A DNA stretch of 63,726 bases from Gaiellaceae bacterium (GTDB taxonomy: Bacteria > Actinomycetota > Thermoleophilia > Gaiellales > Gaiellaceae): assembly GCA_035708405.1 (NCBI GenBank), contig DASSSQ010000148.1, positions 1 through 63,726 of the forward strand. Direction: 5' to 3'. Each line of letters opens with the position of its first letter. The stretch's first letter is position 1. Of this stretch, positions 63,199 through 63,726 are shown one piece after another. A model generated the notes under the pieces. That model had not been told where the DNA came from. It saw only the letters and a list, made by a program, of their open reading frames with translations, and did not search any database. A program made the translations under genes and the position numbers.

Positions 63199-63726
63199 AG
63201 CGCCGCCGCGAGCAGCGGGAACTCCTCCGGCGCGAGCGCCTCGGCGCGCGTCTCCGCCGGGCGGCCGATCGCGTCGAGCGCGGCCGCGCTCCGGGCGCGA
63301 TCGGCGAGGCCGGCGAGCTGAAGCGAGTTCGGCAGCGTCTTGCGCCGGTGCGCGAACGACGCCTCGACGACGCGCTTCACCCGCGGCCACGGCTCGGGGA
63401 GTGGACCGCGGCGGCGGAACGCGACGAGCGCGGAGTCGACGTTCGGCCGCGGGCGGAACACCTCGCGCGAGACCGGGTGCACGCCGGTGCGCTCGGCGGC
63501 GAGCTGCACGAGCACGGAGACGGCGCCGTACGCCTTCGTCGAGGGCCGCGCGAAGAAGCGGTCGGCGACCTCGCGCTGCACCATCACGCACCAGAGCTCG
63601 ACTCGCGGGAGACCGCCGAGGCTCTCGGCGACGAGCGGCGTCGCGACGTTGTAGGGCAGGTTCGCGACGAACTTCCCCGGCGGCGGGTCGAGCGCGGCGA
63701 GATCGAGGCGGAGCGCGTCGCCGAGG
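63195..63726 (-). CDS. rsmA: 16S rRNA (adenine1518/1519-N6)-dimethyltransferase RsmA/KsgA, 5'-truncated by the window edge
   Basis: The reading frame continues to the window end: ...GKFVANLPYNVATPLVAESL...MVQREVADRFFARPSTKAYGAVSVLVQL...VFRPRPNVDSALV... Confidence 0.85.
   Translation of the reverse strand, partial: LGDALRLDLAALDPPPGKFVANLPYNVATPLVAESLGGLPRVELWCVMVQREVADRFFARPSTKAYGAVSVLVQLAAERTGVHPVSREVFRPRPNVDSALVAFRRRGPLPEPWPRVKRVVEASFAHRRKTLPNSLQLAGLADRARSAAALDAIGRPAETRAEALAPEEFPLLAAAL

Overview
This is a very GC-rich window (roughly 70% or more by eye). Nearly every frame is open, so most long Arg/Ala/Pro-rich ORFs in the track are shadows of the real genes. I support about 75 protein-coding genes, one tRNA-Gln(UUG) and a few cis-elements. 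I found no rRNA, CRISPR array, transposase, integrase or prophage. The content is mostly core-genome housekeeping. The gene order is the ancient actinobacterial one: rsmA-ispE, tRNA-Gln, glmU-prs, rplY-pth, mfd-mazG-eno, ftsB-DUF501. The window also carries queA-tgt-yajC-secDF and greA. By inference, this order, a fused SecDF and many 4-nt ATGA/GTGA gene overlaps point to a deep-branching actinobacterium, possibly Thermoleophilia/Solirubrobacterales-like. Observations most worth follow-up: (1) Two paralogous structured 5' leaders on the minus strand share a 23-nt identical core and a conserved GC hairpin. One lies upstream of an NlpC/P60 endopeptidase, the classic context of a ydaO/c-di-AMP riboswitch. 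The other lies in front of a translationally coupled operon of GAF-PP2C phosphatase, GlpQ, L,D-transpeptidase, TlpA, CcmH and CcdA. (2) A 19-nt-identical AT-richer palindrome (CCTTGTGACACTGTGTCAC) occurs at two gene 3' ends 30 kb apart. (3) A 913-aa secreted protein combines a TolB-type propeller, five Cys-pair Ig-like repeats, RTX nonapeptides and a Pro/Thr tail. (4) A naturally fused PafB-PafC-like double-WYL regulator has no proteasome genes nearby and is flanked by a small CCCH zinc-finger protein and a membrane protein. (5) An EVE/PUA-like domain is fused to a SAM methyltransferase inside a thiolase/Hbd/PLP-decarboxylase/MBL operon. All functional calls rest on motif recognition by eye. 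No database search was run.
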